Shown: in pieces, positions 1 to 23,057 of the stretch
Numbering within the stretch: the first letter of the stretch is position 1
Layout of the letters: each line of letters starts with the position of its first letter
Assembly (NCBI GenBank): GCA_002269645.1
Contig: NIVC01002487.1
Span: forward strand, 62,001 to 126,000
DNA length: 64,000 bases
Source of the DNA: Macrostomum lignano
Taxonomy: Eukaryota
Direction: 5' to 3'
Notes under the pieces: generated by a model
What the model saw: the letters and a program-made list of their open reading frames with translations, nothing else
What the model was told of the DNA's origin: nothing
The model's database searches: none
Translations under genes and position numbers: made by a program

Positions 1-1
1 T

Positions 2-538
2 GCTCACGGCCACGCCAGGCACGCGCCGGCAGCCGCCGTCGAGCCGAGCGGCAAGCTGACTGGCCAGGCAATGGTGAAACGGCAGGCCGGCAGCGATCGG
101 ACCCTGTTCTCGCCCGGCTTCAAACGTTCCCCGGCTCCGCCCCCGTTGTCGGGCTCGGCGACAGCGTCGGCTCCAGCATCGCAGGCTGCTGGCGTCAGCT
201 TCTACCTGCCAACGACTCCAACAATTGATTCTACTTCTCCGTCGGCAAAGCGGCAGACTCGATCTACCGCGGCGTCTCCTGCTGCTGCTGCTGCCGCCGC
301 CGCGCCGTCAAGTCCTGCTGGTAAAAAGCAGCAGAAACAGCAAAAGCAAAAGCAGCAACAATTGCAGCTGAAAAAGTCCGGCTCTGCCGCTGCTGCTGCT
401 ACTGCTGCTGCTGCTTCCACTTCTGCAACACCGGTTGCTGCTAAACGCCGGCGCCTGTCAATGGGCTCCTCGGTGCCGGGAGCTTCGGCTGTTGAAAGCT
501 GTTTAAAACGGCTTCGTAAGCGAAAGAGTGTGCGCTAA
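2..538 (+). CDS. 3' end (last coding exon, partial) of an upstream gene; Ala/Gln/Ser/Lys-rich low-complexity tail
   Basis: Frame open from base 2 to TAA at 536-538, GC-rich like the other exons, followed by AT-rich UTR-like sequence. No family recognised. Confidence 0.6.
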   Translation, partial: AHGHARHAPAAAVEPSGKLTGQAMVKRQAGSDRTLFSPGFKRSPAPPPLSGSATASAPASQAAGVSFYLPTTPTIDSTSPSAKRQTRSTAASPAAAAAAAAPSSPAGKKQQKQQKQKQQQLQLKKSGSAAAAATAAAASTSATPVAAKRRRLSMGSSVPGASAVESCLKRLRKRKSVR

Positions 539-735
539 CGGTTTCCCGGACTTCTGCTGCTAATCGTAATAATGTTTTTTTAACTTTTGTCTATTGCATT
601 CATTCTATCGCGTTACAATACAGCTTTCTGCTTTCTGCAATAATATTTGCTTCTGTTGGGCCTAGCGGAACAGTGGAAATGCAAAACAGGAGTTTGACGC
701 ATCCTGATTGCTATAGCCAAGTTTTATGATTGCAA

Positions 736-1430
736 CGATTCTAGGGGAGGTTTGGGGGCGATTCTAGGGGAGGTTTGGGGGCGATTCTAGGGGAGGTTTG
801 GGGGCGATTCTAGGGGAGGTTTGGGGGCGATTCTAGGGGAGGTTTGGGGGCGATTCTAGGGGAGGTTTGGGGGCGATTCTAGGGGAGGTTTGGGGGCGAT
901 TCTAGGGGAGGTTTGGGGCGATTCTAGGGGAGGTTTGGGGGCGATTCTAGGGGAGGTCTAGGGGCGATTCTAGGGGAGGTCTAGGGGCGATTCTAGGGGA
1001 GGTTTGGGGGCGATTCTAGGGGAGGTTTGGGGGCGATTCTAGGGGAGGTTTAGGGGCGATTCTAGGGGAGGTTTGGGGGCGATTCTAGGGGAGGTTTGGG
1101 GGCGATTCTAGGGAGGTTTAGGGGCGATTCTAGGGGAGGTTTAGGGGCGATTCTAGGGGAGGTTTAGGGGCGATTCTAGGGGAGGTCTAGGGGCGATTCT
1201 AGGGGAGGTTTAGGGGCGATTCTATCCATTGATTAGGTGCGATTCTATCTATTGATTAGGAGCGATTCTATCTATTGATTAGGAGCATTCTAAGAGTGGA
1301 TTAGTGGTGATTCTAGGGGAGGTTTAGGTGCGATTCTATCCATTGATTAGGTGCGATTCTATCTATTGATTAGGAGCATTCTAAGAGTGGATTAGTGGTG
1401 ATTCTAGGGGAGGTTTAGGTGCGATTCTAA
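736..1430. repeat. Minisatellite, 23-bp unit CGATTCTAGGGGAGGTTTGGGGG, degenerating after ~1220
   Basis: Direct tandem copies with period 23 (736, 759, ...). Confidence 0.95.
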
Positions 1431-2559
1431 TGGTTTTATACGTCGTTTATGAGCGTTTTTTATATACTGTGTATCGAAGTAATCTGGGTTGCCATTCTTT
1501 TTACTCTCCGTTTTGCGTTTCCACTGTTTATTAAAATAAAAATATTGAAATGGTTTAATGCCTTGAATATCTAAAACATGTTTAATTGTTTAATTAACGA
1601 AAACACTTAATGAAAATTACCGGGATAAACTCATAACTTAGTTAAATACTAATTAATAATTAAGAGGCGTCTGATTCAATATTTTGTCTATGGCCGAAAC
1701 CAAATGGCTTGGCATTTAATTTATTTAACGGGGCACAAAATTCCTCATTTACATAATTGTAGTTTAATTGTGCAAATTGAATCTTATGCGTTACTTACTA
1801 CTTACAGTAGTTTGCTATATCAGTGTTTTAGTTAATGTATTTTTGTTTTAATGTAATCTAAAAATATCAACTATCAGTTTTGTTTTACCTGTTGTCTGCG
1901 TTTTTATCTTTAGGTTGTAATAATTTATGCTAAGAGTTATTTATTGCTGTAAATATTAATTTGCTTTATGTATCCTTTTTTAGTTTGAATCTTTACAGTA
2001 ATACATTTTGCAATTTCAATTTATTTGATTACTAATTTGCGTAGAAAAGTTGTGTGTTTTATGTAAACTTGTAATGATTTGTAGTTTTGTAATGATTTGA
2101 GTTTTAATAACTAATATAATGCTAAATGCTGTTACTAAATAGTGGGTTTCCTGTGCATAAACTGCATTTATTTAATTATTTATTGTCACCTATCACTAAT
2201 GCAACTCTAAGTGTCTCCAACACTCTACACGCTATACAGCTGTAAGAATAATAAGTTTTATAAGCTTAAAATACAAAATCCAATGTTTAATCTGCCTTGG
2301 TTAGTAACTACAGTCAGCTAAGTAAGTTAATGAACTCCAAGGGTATACTGATCAAATTTTATTAGTCGGCTAACGCTTATTTCCTGTTTTATTTGCTTTT
2401 ATTTTTACTTAAAGTAGACGAATTCGCTTATTAAGGAAAAGAAAAGGTAAAAGCGAAAGAAAAAAAGACACTATAAAAACAAAGACTTTTTATAGTGTCT
2501 GTAGCTCAGTCTTCATACACGTGTAGTCTAGCTATAGGCAAGTTAGATACAGGCAAAGC

Positions 2560-3235
2560 TAGTGTCATTGAGTCGGCTAAAATTAGTGTCATTGGGGGCG
2601 CTTAAATTAGTGTCATTAGGTCCGCTAAAAGTAGTGTCATTAGGTCCGCTAAAATTACTGTCATTGGGGTGCTAAAATTTGGTGTCATTGGAGCGCTAAT
2701 ATTAGTGTCATTAGGTCCGCTAAAATTAGTGTCATTAGGTCCGCTAAAATTAGTGTCATTAGGTCCACCAAAATGTGTCAAATGGGGTGCTAAAATTAGT
2801 GTCATTAGGTCCGCTAAAATTAGTGTCATTAGGTCCGCTAAAATTAGTGTCATTAGGTCCGCTAAAAGTAGTGTCATTAGGTCCGCCAAAATGTGTCATT
2901 GGGGTGCTAAATTTAGTGTCATTGGGGTGCTAAAATTAGTGTCATTGGGGTGCTAAAATTAGTGTCATTGGGGTGCTAAAATTAGTGTCATTGGGGTGCT
3001 AAAATTAGTGTCATTAGGTCCGCTAAATTTAGTGTCATTGGGGTGCTAAAATTAGTGTCATTGGGGTGCTAAAATTAGTGTCATTGGGGTGCTAAAATTA
3101 GTGTCATTGGGGTGCTAAAATTAGTGTCATTAGGTCCGCTAAATTTAGTGTCATTGGGGTGCTAAAATTAGTGTCATTGGGGTGCTAAAATTAGTGCCAT
3201 TACGAGCGTAGGTCCGCTAAAAGTAGTGTCATTGC
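2560..3235. repeat. Minisatellite, 23-24-bp unit CTAAAATTAGTGTCATT(AGGTCCG/GGGGTG)
   Basis: Tandem copies with two interspersed variants. Confidence 0.95.
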
Positions 3236-3425
3236 AGCCCTAAAAATGAGTCGCATGTGTCAAAAATAAAGCCTCATACATGTACGTACAACTCAAGTGC
3301 CATGCTGAATCAATAAAATACGCGCAAAAAATTATTTACAAGTATATTATTTAGCAAACTAAAAAAATTCAACCAAGGTTTGAAAAGTTTTGAAGACCGA
3401 TTTCTCAATAAGCCGCGCAGGTCAA

Positions 3426-11674
<8,249 letters not shown>

Positions 11675-12429
11675 TGCTGCTTTTATTTTATTATTGAAGT
11701 GAAAAGACACGATAGGAAGACGCAACCGTCACCGCCAACCCCAACGCCGGAGCTACAATGCTAGTATGGAATAGTCGTTATAGTTGCGTAGCTTCTTCCT
11801 TAACAACAGAGCTATAGGAATATTGGATCGAAAAGCTCCCGCCTAGCAGCTGTTAGTGGCCGTGCACTGACGGGGGTCTGACTGAAGTTGCAACTGTGAA
11901 TGAACGATCGTCCAATTGACAAGTTTAAAATTATATATTCAACTCTGACTGTGAGTATATATAGCGCGTAACGTGTGTGTGTTAGGGGTGTCACGCAGTG
12001 AATATTGCGAACTCACGATATATGCACAAGAGTTGGTTACACAAGTCAACTCGCTGACCACCTCCTAATAGCTTAGCTCTGTTGCTAGACAGAGAAGGGA
12101 GAGAAAGAGAGAGAGAGAAAAGAGTAGAAATTGAAAGAAGGAGCTCAGGAAAAAAAGCAAGGGAAGAGAGAAATTGCATTGACAGTGTCGGGGGTAGGTA
12201 CGTGTATAGGCAGATATCGACCCGCAATAGGAGAAATAACTCCCGCGTTCTTAGCGACTTCCTATTGATTGTACAGCCGGGAAGAATATCTAAATGTATT
12301 CGAAATTGTTGTCTCGATTCGGAATGCAAGAAAACAGACTGATTTTTTCGCTCGAATACTACTTATAGTATACGCCAAAGTTGAGAATGTAACGCTGGAA
12401 AAAAAGCTGTTAGGCAGTTGTTAGAGTAA

Positions 12430-12985
12430 TCATGTGACACATTGTCTACATCGTGTGACACATATTGTCTGCATCGTGTGACACATTGTCTACATCGTGT
12501 GACACATATTGTCTGCATCGTGTGACACATATTGTCTACATCGTGTGACACATATTGTCTGCATCGTGTGACACACATTGTCTACATCGTGTGCACATAT
12601 TGTCTACATGGTGTGACACATATTGTCTGATCGTGTGACAATATTGTCTACATCGTGTGACCATATTGTCTTGCATCGTGTGACACATTGTCTACATCTT
12701 TGTGATACATATTTTCTCCATCGTGTGACACATATTGTCTACATCGTGTGACACATATTGTCGACATTGTGTGACACATTGTCTACATGGTGTGACACAT
12801 TGTCTACATTGAGTGACACATATTGTCTACATTGAGTGACATATATTGTCTACATTGAGTGACACATATTGTCTACATTGTGTGACACATATTGTCTACA
12901 TTGAGTGACCCAGTTTGTCGACATTGAGTGACACATATTGTCTACATCTTGTTACATATTGTCTAAACTGTGTGACACATGCTGT
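12430..12985. repeat. Minisatellite, 21-23-bp unit TGTGACACA(TA)TTGTCTACATCG
   Basis: Tandem copies between the divergent GRAMD4 and SLC66A3 starts. Confidence 0.93.
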
Positions 12986-13721
12986 CTACAAAAAACAAAC
13001 AGATTTTTTGAAAAAACTCCAGCTAGTAGTATAGAGTCGAATTTATGCAAGTTCATCAAACATCAGGGTGTCCACTTGGTATTTGAACACTGTCGTTGGG
13101 ATATAACCGTACACTTTGTCTGTGACTTTGTCTTTGAGATTTCACTGCAATAAATTGCAATAAAGTAATGCAAGTAGATTACAAAATTGAACACTCCTTT
13201 CTCAACTCAACTCTATGCATCCAATCTCAGCTATATAAAGACGTCCTTTTATACTAACCATGTAAGACGCAGATACGCAACTCAAAAAAGCCATTAGTCT
13301 CTATGAGTCAAGGGAATTCGTTAAGTACTTAATCTTCCCCTGTAATCTGCAGTGAGAAATCTGATACAGCTTCAAGCTTATGGATTGGCTAAATGGTCAA
13401 TAATGCATTCCTATAATTCTAAGGCTTTGGCTAGAGCTATAGGGGAGAGAAATCCTGCCTGTTAATCTCCCACGCAGTGCATTTTACATAGGATTAACTA
13501 AATGAAGGGGAAGAGAGGGTGAAGCAAGATGACTGGATCAAAGAGCTGAACTATATAGCTCAGAAATGTACATCCAATAAATGAAATATGAGCACATGCC
13601 GACCGCTTCCATGTCAACATACATTCTGCTCTGAGCAATAAATAGGCCCTACTCACAGCTACACAAAGCTCAAGAGAGGAATCAAACCGTCAGTTCTATA
13701 CAAACCGCCATCTCAGTTGTC

Positions 13722-16180
<2,459 letters not shown>

Positions 16181-16587
16181 GCTTGTCGTGAGCCAACTTT
16201 TAATACATTAGGATGGCTACTGTGAAAAAATAATTGGACTTTTATCAGCTATATCTGAAAATATCAGCGAGAATCAATTAGTTAAATTAAACATAGATTT
16301 AAATTTAAAAAATTTTAGAACTATTCTGAAAGGTAAATCGATCAATAACGAGTACTCGTATTATTTTGCCTATGTCGAACCAGAGATGAGCCTGCGTGCC
16401 GCACACTCTTCGCCAGATATAAATTTGAATGAACTAATATAATTTGATTTGAATTTATATGAATGAACTTTCAGGAAGCTAAACAAAATCACTTTATGTA
16501 CGAGCGTAGCTTCGATTCATTGATACCGCCTGATCAAGTTGTTTTGATTGTAGGATATGAGCCCAATGTATAGATATATGTAACTAT

Positions 16588-17000
16588 AGGGGTGGGTGTC
16601 TGCCCTAGATAACTGGGGTGAGTGTCTGCTCTAGATAACTGGGGGTGGTTGTCGGCCCTAGATAACTGGGGATGGGTGTCGGTCCTAGATAACTGGGGGT
16701 GGTTGTCGGTCCTAGAAAACTGGGGCGGGTGGTGTCGGCCCTAGATAACTGGGGTTGGGTGTCGGCCCTAGATAACTGGGGATGGTTGTCGGCCCTAGAT
16801 AACTGGGGATGGGTGTCGGTCCTAGATAACTGGGGGTGGTTGTCGGTCCTAGAAAACTGGGACGGGTGGTGTCTGCCCTAGATAACTGGGGTTGGGTGTC
16901 GGCCCTAGATAACGGGATGGTTGTCGGCCCTAGATAACTGGGGGAGGGTGTCTGCCCTAGATAACTGGGGGTGGGTGTCGGTCCTAGATAACTAGGGGAA
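16588..17000. repeat. Second array of the 27-bp CCCTAGATAACTGGGG.. minisatellite, downstream of SLC66A3
   Basis: Tandem copies. Confidence 0.93.
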
Positions 17001-17065
17001 GGGTTCTGTCCTTGGGGATGGGGTGAGGGAAGGAATGCTACAGTGAATAATTATACCTCAAAAAG

Positions 17066-17435
17066 GGGGCCCATCATAAGCTCGAAAAATCACATCGTCG
17101 AAAAGTTTAGCAACCACCATCACAAGCTCGAAAAGTCACCAATCTCGAAAAACCCAATTCTCGAAAACTGATTTAGCAGCCATTTATTAAAATTATGTAA
17201 AAAGTAAACTTCCACTAATGTTGTTTTATTTTTCAGTTTTTTAAGCGGTTAAGCGAAATAGAGCAGTTAAATTCTTTAGCGTCTTTTATCTCTTAAGTGA
17301 AAACGAAACTTAAATTATGTAGGGCAGCGTAATACTATGTTATTGTACTGTACTACAATGTAATTGTGACTTTTCGAGCTTGTGATGGAGCCCTGTTTCG
17401 ACGATGTGATTTTTCGAGCTTATGATGGCGACCCC
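17066..17435. mobile_element. MITE (~370 bp) with ~70-bp imperfect TIRs and an 8-9-bp TSD
   Basis: GGGG(T)C(G)CCATCATAAGCTCGAAAAATCACATCGTCGAAA...CCATCACAAGCTCGAAAAGTCAC is inverted at the other end; (C)TCAAAAAG flanks both sides (17058-17065, 17436-17443). Confidence 0.85.
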
Positions 17436-17850
17436 TCAAAAAGCACGCTGTCAGTTTATTAAAAGTTTGAACAAATCAAACACGCGGACAGATTCAAAGT
17501 TCATTCAAAATAGTATTTCTGCTCAAATTCCCTCTCTTATTTACAAGAAGCAGTGCTGTAGTTCATAAAAAAATCGACCAAATACAGTACTTAACCAGTT
17601 TGAAACGAAGTTTTACGAACAAGCGAGCAATCGCTTCCATTTAACTGTTTTATTTCAAATTGTTTGTTTTTTGTTTAAGATCGGATGTAAATAAAGGGAT
17701 ATTCAGAGAAAAATACACGTAAAAACTTAGCGGACAATAAAGAATTGCGAGAGCAAGTGCTGCTGCGTTTCATCGGTATACAAAACACCAAAATAGAGCA
17801 AAATGAATCAGTTGACAGGTGAGGTTCAGTTGAAAAAATTACCACCATTT

Positions 17851-20800
17851 TTAGCGCCGCGTCGGTTTCTCGTTGAGCACGGTTACCTTTTTAGTAACTT
17901 TCTTTTGAGCAGCCTGCGTAGCAACCGTTTTTTCTATTTTGCTATCAGCCGATCCGGTCTCATTGTCCGATTCGCACTCGATTAGCAGCGAGGCGGCGTC
18001 TCGATCTCCGACAGCGTTCGACTGACCGCTGTTAACGGCCAGAGCGGCGCTGAACTCGTCATTTTCGTCGGCGTTGTCTTCAATCAGGTGCTGCTTCTTC
18101 TCAATATTAGCCGTGTTGGTCATGATGGTCTTGGTTGACTCGGCCGGGAACTCCATCCGGTCCATGTAGTACCGGTTGGCGGGATCGTCGCGTCCTTCAC
18201 CGCGAACTCTCGGTCCGCCAATCACCGTGGCTGCCGGCTTCAATTTCTCACCCTTGGGCAAGTTGACGTACAAAGTGACCGTGTCGTCGTTGCACTGCAC
18301 CAGGCGTTGCAGTATGGCATTGTTCTTAATATCGTTGACATCCTTGATCTCCGCTCGGAGTCGATTGTCGGTGAAAAAGTCGCCCAAATTGTAGCGATTC
18401 TCAACACGGTGATCTTGACGCACTCTCGAACGTAGCCGAAAATCTCCGGCCGGAAGCGCAACTTCTCGGCGTCGTCGATGCCCATAAAGTAGTCCCGGAA
18501 CTCGTGGTCGCTAATCCGGCTGAAATAATCCAGCCAGCCGCCGTCCGCCAGGGTTTTCGTTGCCAACTGCAGCGCCGCGTGGAAGGAAGTCTTCTTGTCC
18601 AGCCGGTGGCACTTGGACAGCAGGCCGCACAGCAGGGCGATGCAGCAGTCGCAGTCGAATTCGTACAGAGCGCTGGGCCACTCGGTGTTCGGCTCGCGAT
18701 TCCTTGGCTTGAACGGCGGCAGGGCTTCAAGACGTTTTCGACGGCCCTCCTTGGGATTGAAGGGCAGCATTGGTTCGCCGCTCAGCTTGAAGATGCCTTC
18801 GTTGATAAAGGTCTCGGCAGCTTTGATCAAGTTGACGGTGGATTTCAACTTCTTGTCGGCGTAGTAGGCGCTTCGGAGAAGACGGCGCGGATAGGACTTG
18901 CAGTTGTTGATGACCTGCAATGCGGCTGTCAGTCTGTTAGTCTAGTGTGCAGGGGTTCTGGCCTAGCGAGATGGGGGAGAGTGGCTCAGTGGTGACCGCG
19001 CCTGACTCCCGAGCTACAGTGTACATGCCTGACGATTAGACAGTCAAAGGGCCGCTGTACACCCTGTGTGAGCGGGTGTGTGAGTGCGTGCCTGAGTACA
19101 GTATTGGCACGCTTGTATATTCCCACTTGATGCTGTGAGCAGGCAAGAACTCGCACAGGGCCCTAGTAGGATACGAGGGCTTGTAGAGTACATGTACACC
19201 CTTGATGTACAGCAAGAATGCCTTACATCAAACATTCTTATTTGGCCAGCTTATTCATTACCTTTTCAGCATCCCGGACCAGAGTGATTTTCATAGCCCT
19301 GGTTGGCTGGCAAAGATAGTTCAAATTGAAGTGCTCTGTTGGTCGTTTGAGCACAGCGCTAGCAAGTCGAGCCACGTTCATTGAGCTCCGCTTAGTAAAC
19401 AATATGTAAAAAGCGTAATCCATGAAATCGTCGAACCACATGTTGGTCTCAACGAAGCGTTTCCTATATACTAAGCGAAACGGTTCCATTGGGAACCAAT
19501 TGTTGTGCACGAGCATCAGGTGCAGGATATCGTAGGCTTCGCATAGCATAGCCAGGTTGTGGTCGTACATGCACATTAGATCGCCGTAGCGGTCACCGAA
19601 GCAGGTCACAAACTGTGGCTGTCTGCAACAGTTTCAAATATTAGGGGTTTTAGCCTTTGAAGATGGGTTAGATTATGGTCCAGGTTAGGTACTTGAGTAA
19701 CATAAACGACTCTATAAAGCGACGGGAGACACAGAGATGATGGAAAAGACACCAGAGTGACGTGGAAGACAACAGAGTGACAAGGGAGACATTAGAGTGA
19801 CGGGGGAGACATTAGAGTTACGTGGATGACAACAGGGTGACGGGGGAGACACCAGAGTGACGTGGAAGACAACAGAGTGACGGGGGAGACATTAGAGTGA
19901 CGGGGGAGACATTAGAGTGACGTGGATGACAACAGGGTGACGGGGGAGACAACAGAGTGACAGGGGAGACAACAGAGTGACGGGGGAGACATTAGAGTGA
20001 CGTGGATGACAACAGGGTGACGGGGAGACAACAGAGTGACCGGGAGACAACAGAGTGACAGGGGAGACAACAGAGTGACAGGGGAGACAACAGAGTGACG
20101 GGGAGACATTAGAGTGACGTGGATGACAACAGGGTGACGGGGGAGACAACAGAGTGACAGGGGAGACAACAGAGTGACGGGGGAGACATTAGAGTGACGT
20201 GGATGACAACAGGGTGACGGGGGAGACAACAGAGTGACGGGGGAGACATTAGAGTGACGTGGATGACAACAGGGTGACGGGGGAGACAACAGAGTGACAG
20301 GGGAGACAACAGAGTGACGGGGGAGACATTAGAGTGACGTGGATGACAACAGGGTGACGGGGGAGACAACAGAGTGACCGGGGAGACAACAGAGTGACAG
20401 GGGAGACAACAGAGTGACAGGGGAGACAACAGAGTGACAGGGGAGACAACAGAGTGACAGGGGAGACATTAGAGTGACGTGGAAGACAACAAGTGAAGGG
20501 GGAGACATTAGAGTGACGTGGATGACAACAGGGTGACGGGGGAGACAACAGAGTGACAGGGGAGACAACAGAGTGACAGGGGAGACATTAGAGTGACGTG
20601 GAAGACAACAGAGTGACAGGGGAGACACCGAATGGATATGGAGACACTACTCGTATGTGACGGCGAAGACACCGGGAACGAAAGGACAGACGGCAGAATC
20701 ACCTGGCCAAAATGTGCTTCTTGTTGGTATCCCTATTGATGCACTCGACCAGCTGCCTGGCGGCTTTCATCTTGCCCAGGTAGATGGCCAGCCCCAGCGG

Positions 20801-21205
20801 CGTGAGGTACATGACGGTGTGCCGTCCGAACAGAGAACCAGCCGAACTGGAAGTGTCGTACATCTCCGGCCGGTCGAGTATCTGGAAGTACTTTGACTTG
20901 GTGACGACAAACTGTTTGTTGCCTTTCATCACGGTATGCTGCTGCTGAATAGCGTTCGGGTCCGGATCGAAGCGAAGCAGACTATTCGTGACCTTGTCGG
21001 ACAGAACACGATCGAGTTCCTTCTCGTTTTCGCTGACTACGGTGTTAATTAGCCAGGTAGTTGTCGGATGATACATGTCGAAAAATCTTGGCACCATTAA
21101 GTAGGGCGTTTTATTGGCCTTCTCAAATTTTTGCAATTTCCGCGCGGTGTGCTTCCGGTACCTGTGCACCTGCGGCTCCGGCAGGCGGACCATGGTTCGA
21201 GTCAT
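17851..21205 (-). CDS. Uncharacterised ~640-aa protein with an ankyrin-like motif; 3 exons, one apparent 1-nt frameshift
   Basis: Exons 21205-20703, 19622-19262 and 18914-17851 are phase-consistent; YLTPLGLAIYLGKMKAARQLVE is ankyrin-like; frame switch near 18423-18427. Confidence 0.7.
18973..19115 (+). mobile_element. Dispersed SINE-like element, copy B, with a tRNA-type A-box head
   Basis: TGGCTCAGTGG at 18982-18992, the conserved core at 19019-19062, and a GT-rich tail shared with copies C and D. No clear B-box. Confidence 0.65.
19722..20628. repeat. 20-bp minisatellite GGGGGAGACAACAGAGTGAC with three variants forming 60-140-bp higher-order units
   Basis: Tandem copies in intron 1 of the uncharacterised gene. 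Confidence 0.95.
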
Positions 21206-21884
21206 GCTGACTTCTGCTCGATTAAGTAAATAATTGGAAACACAAACCCGACAATTCGCTTTTTTCTAGCTCTTAGCGGCGCTCTCGCTTGTGCTTTCGT
21301 TATTTAACCAACTATTGCACGAACTTTGATTGAAGTTGGCGAAAGGTGCCCCCCCCCCGAGGCCGATTGTACAGAGGCCATAGAAATATCAAGCCGGTAG
21401 CTGGTTGCCGAGGCTCAATGCCGCTCAACGATATTTACCATAGATTTTCGTTAATCATAGATAAGTCGAAGCTAGAAATTACTGACAGCAATTATTTTAT
21501 TGTTATAAATATCGCATTTATAATGCAGCAAGTCTCTAAATGGGCAATCAATGAAAATGTAATATATTTGAGTGTTTATCATAAGCATAAGAATTGCATC
21601 AATATATAAGGATTAATTAGACAAGTAAGAATTCATAAATTGACTAAATAAACCGAGCAGATCAAATGAAACAAGAATATTTAGTTTGTTTTAAGAAGCT
21701 TGTTTAGTTAGTAAATTACACACTACCGATTAGCATTAGTGTTCCTGCTTTTTATTAGCTAGAAATCCTGTTTGAATAGCATTCAAAACGACGGCGAATA
21801 AATATATTTGGAGAATAACAAGTGTTTGTTTTCGATGCCTACAATCTATATACATGCAAACTCCCAACATGATTAAGGGAGGCT

Positions 21885-22980
21885 GGCCCAGCAACTGAGG
21901 ATCTGGGAGGCTGGTAGGGCCCAGCAACTGAGGATCTGGGAGGCTGGTAGGGCCCAGCAACTGAGGATCTGGGAGGCTGGTGGCTCAGCAACTAAGGATC
22001 TGGGAGGCTGGTGGCTCAGCAACTGAGGATCTGGGAGGCTGGTGGCTCAGAAACTGAGGATCTGGGAGGCTGGTGGTTCAGCAACTGAGGATCTGGGAGG
22101 CTGGTAGGGCTCAGCAACTGAGGATCTGGGAGGCTGGTGGCGCAGCAACTGAGGATCTGGGAGGCTGGTGGCTCAGAAACTGAGGATCTGGGAGGCTGGT
22201 GGTTCAGCAACTGAGGATATGGGAGGCTGGTAGGGCTCAGCAACTGAGGATATGGGAGGCTGGTAGGGCTCAGCAACTGAGGATCTGGGAGGCTGGTGGC
22301 TCAGCAACTGAGGATCTGGGAGGCTGGTGGTTCAGCAACTGAGGATCTGGGAGGCTGGTGGCTCAGCAACTGAGGATCTGGGAGGCTGGTGGCTCAGAAA
22401 CTGAGGATCTGGGAGGCTGGTGGCTCAGCAACTGAGGATATGGGAGGCTGGTAGGGCCCAGCAACTGAGGATCTGGGAGACTGACACAGCAACTGAGGAT
22501 CTGGAAAGCTGGCAGCCCAGCAACTGAGGATCTGGGAGGCTGGCCCAGCAACTGAGGATCTGGGAGGCTGGCACAGCAACTGACACTCTGGGAGGCTGGC
22601 ACAGCAACTGAGGATCTTGGCGGCTGGTACAGCAACTGAGGATCTGGGAGACTGACACAGCAACTGAGGATCTGGGAGGCTGGTGGCCCAGTAACTGAGG
22701 ATCTGGGAGGCTGGCACAGCAGCTGAGGATCTGGGAGGCTGGCACAGCAACTGAGGATCTGGGCGGCTGGTACAGCAACTGAGGATCTGGGAGGCTGGCC
22801 CAGCAACTGAGGATCTGGGAGGCTGGCCCAGCAACTGAGGATCTGGGAGGCTGGCCCAGAAACTGAGGATCTGGGAGGCTGGCCCAGCAACTGAGGATCT
22901 GGGAGGCTGGCCCAGCAACTGAGGATCTGGGAGGCTGGCCCAGCAACTGAGGATCTGGGAGGCTGGACCAGAAACTAAGA
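21885..22980. repeat. Minisatellite CAGCAACTGAGGATCTGGGAGGCTGG(+0-7 nt), 27-34-bp unit, just downstream of the Exo70 stop
   Basis: Tandem copies. Confidence 0.95.
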
Positions 22981-23057
22981 ATCTGATGACCCAACCTAGA
23001 ATAATTTCGAAAAAAAATTAAATCTACAGCATCAGAAGCTACAATTCTTGTCAAAAA

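Noticed and set aside
1960-1985. U12-type donor-like GTATCCTT
   Set aside because: Lies in AT-rich intergenic/UTR DNA with no associated exon.
18973-19020. tRNA gene
   Set aside because: Only an A-box; no B-box/T-arm or acceptor stem, so it is treated as a SINE head.
21885-22980. CRISPR-like array (constant 26-bp part plus variable linker); also considered for 25130-26250 and 37105-38960
   Set aside because: Variable parts are 0-7-nt recurring variants, not unique spacers; eukaryotic context, no cas genes.
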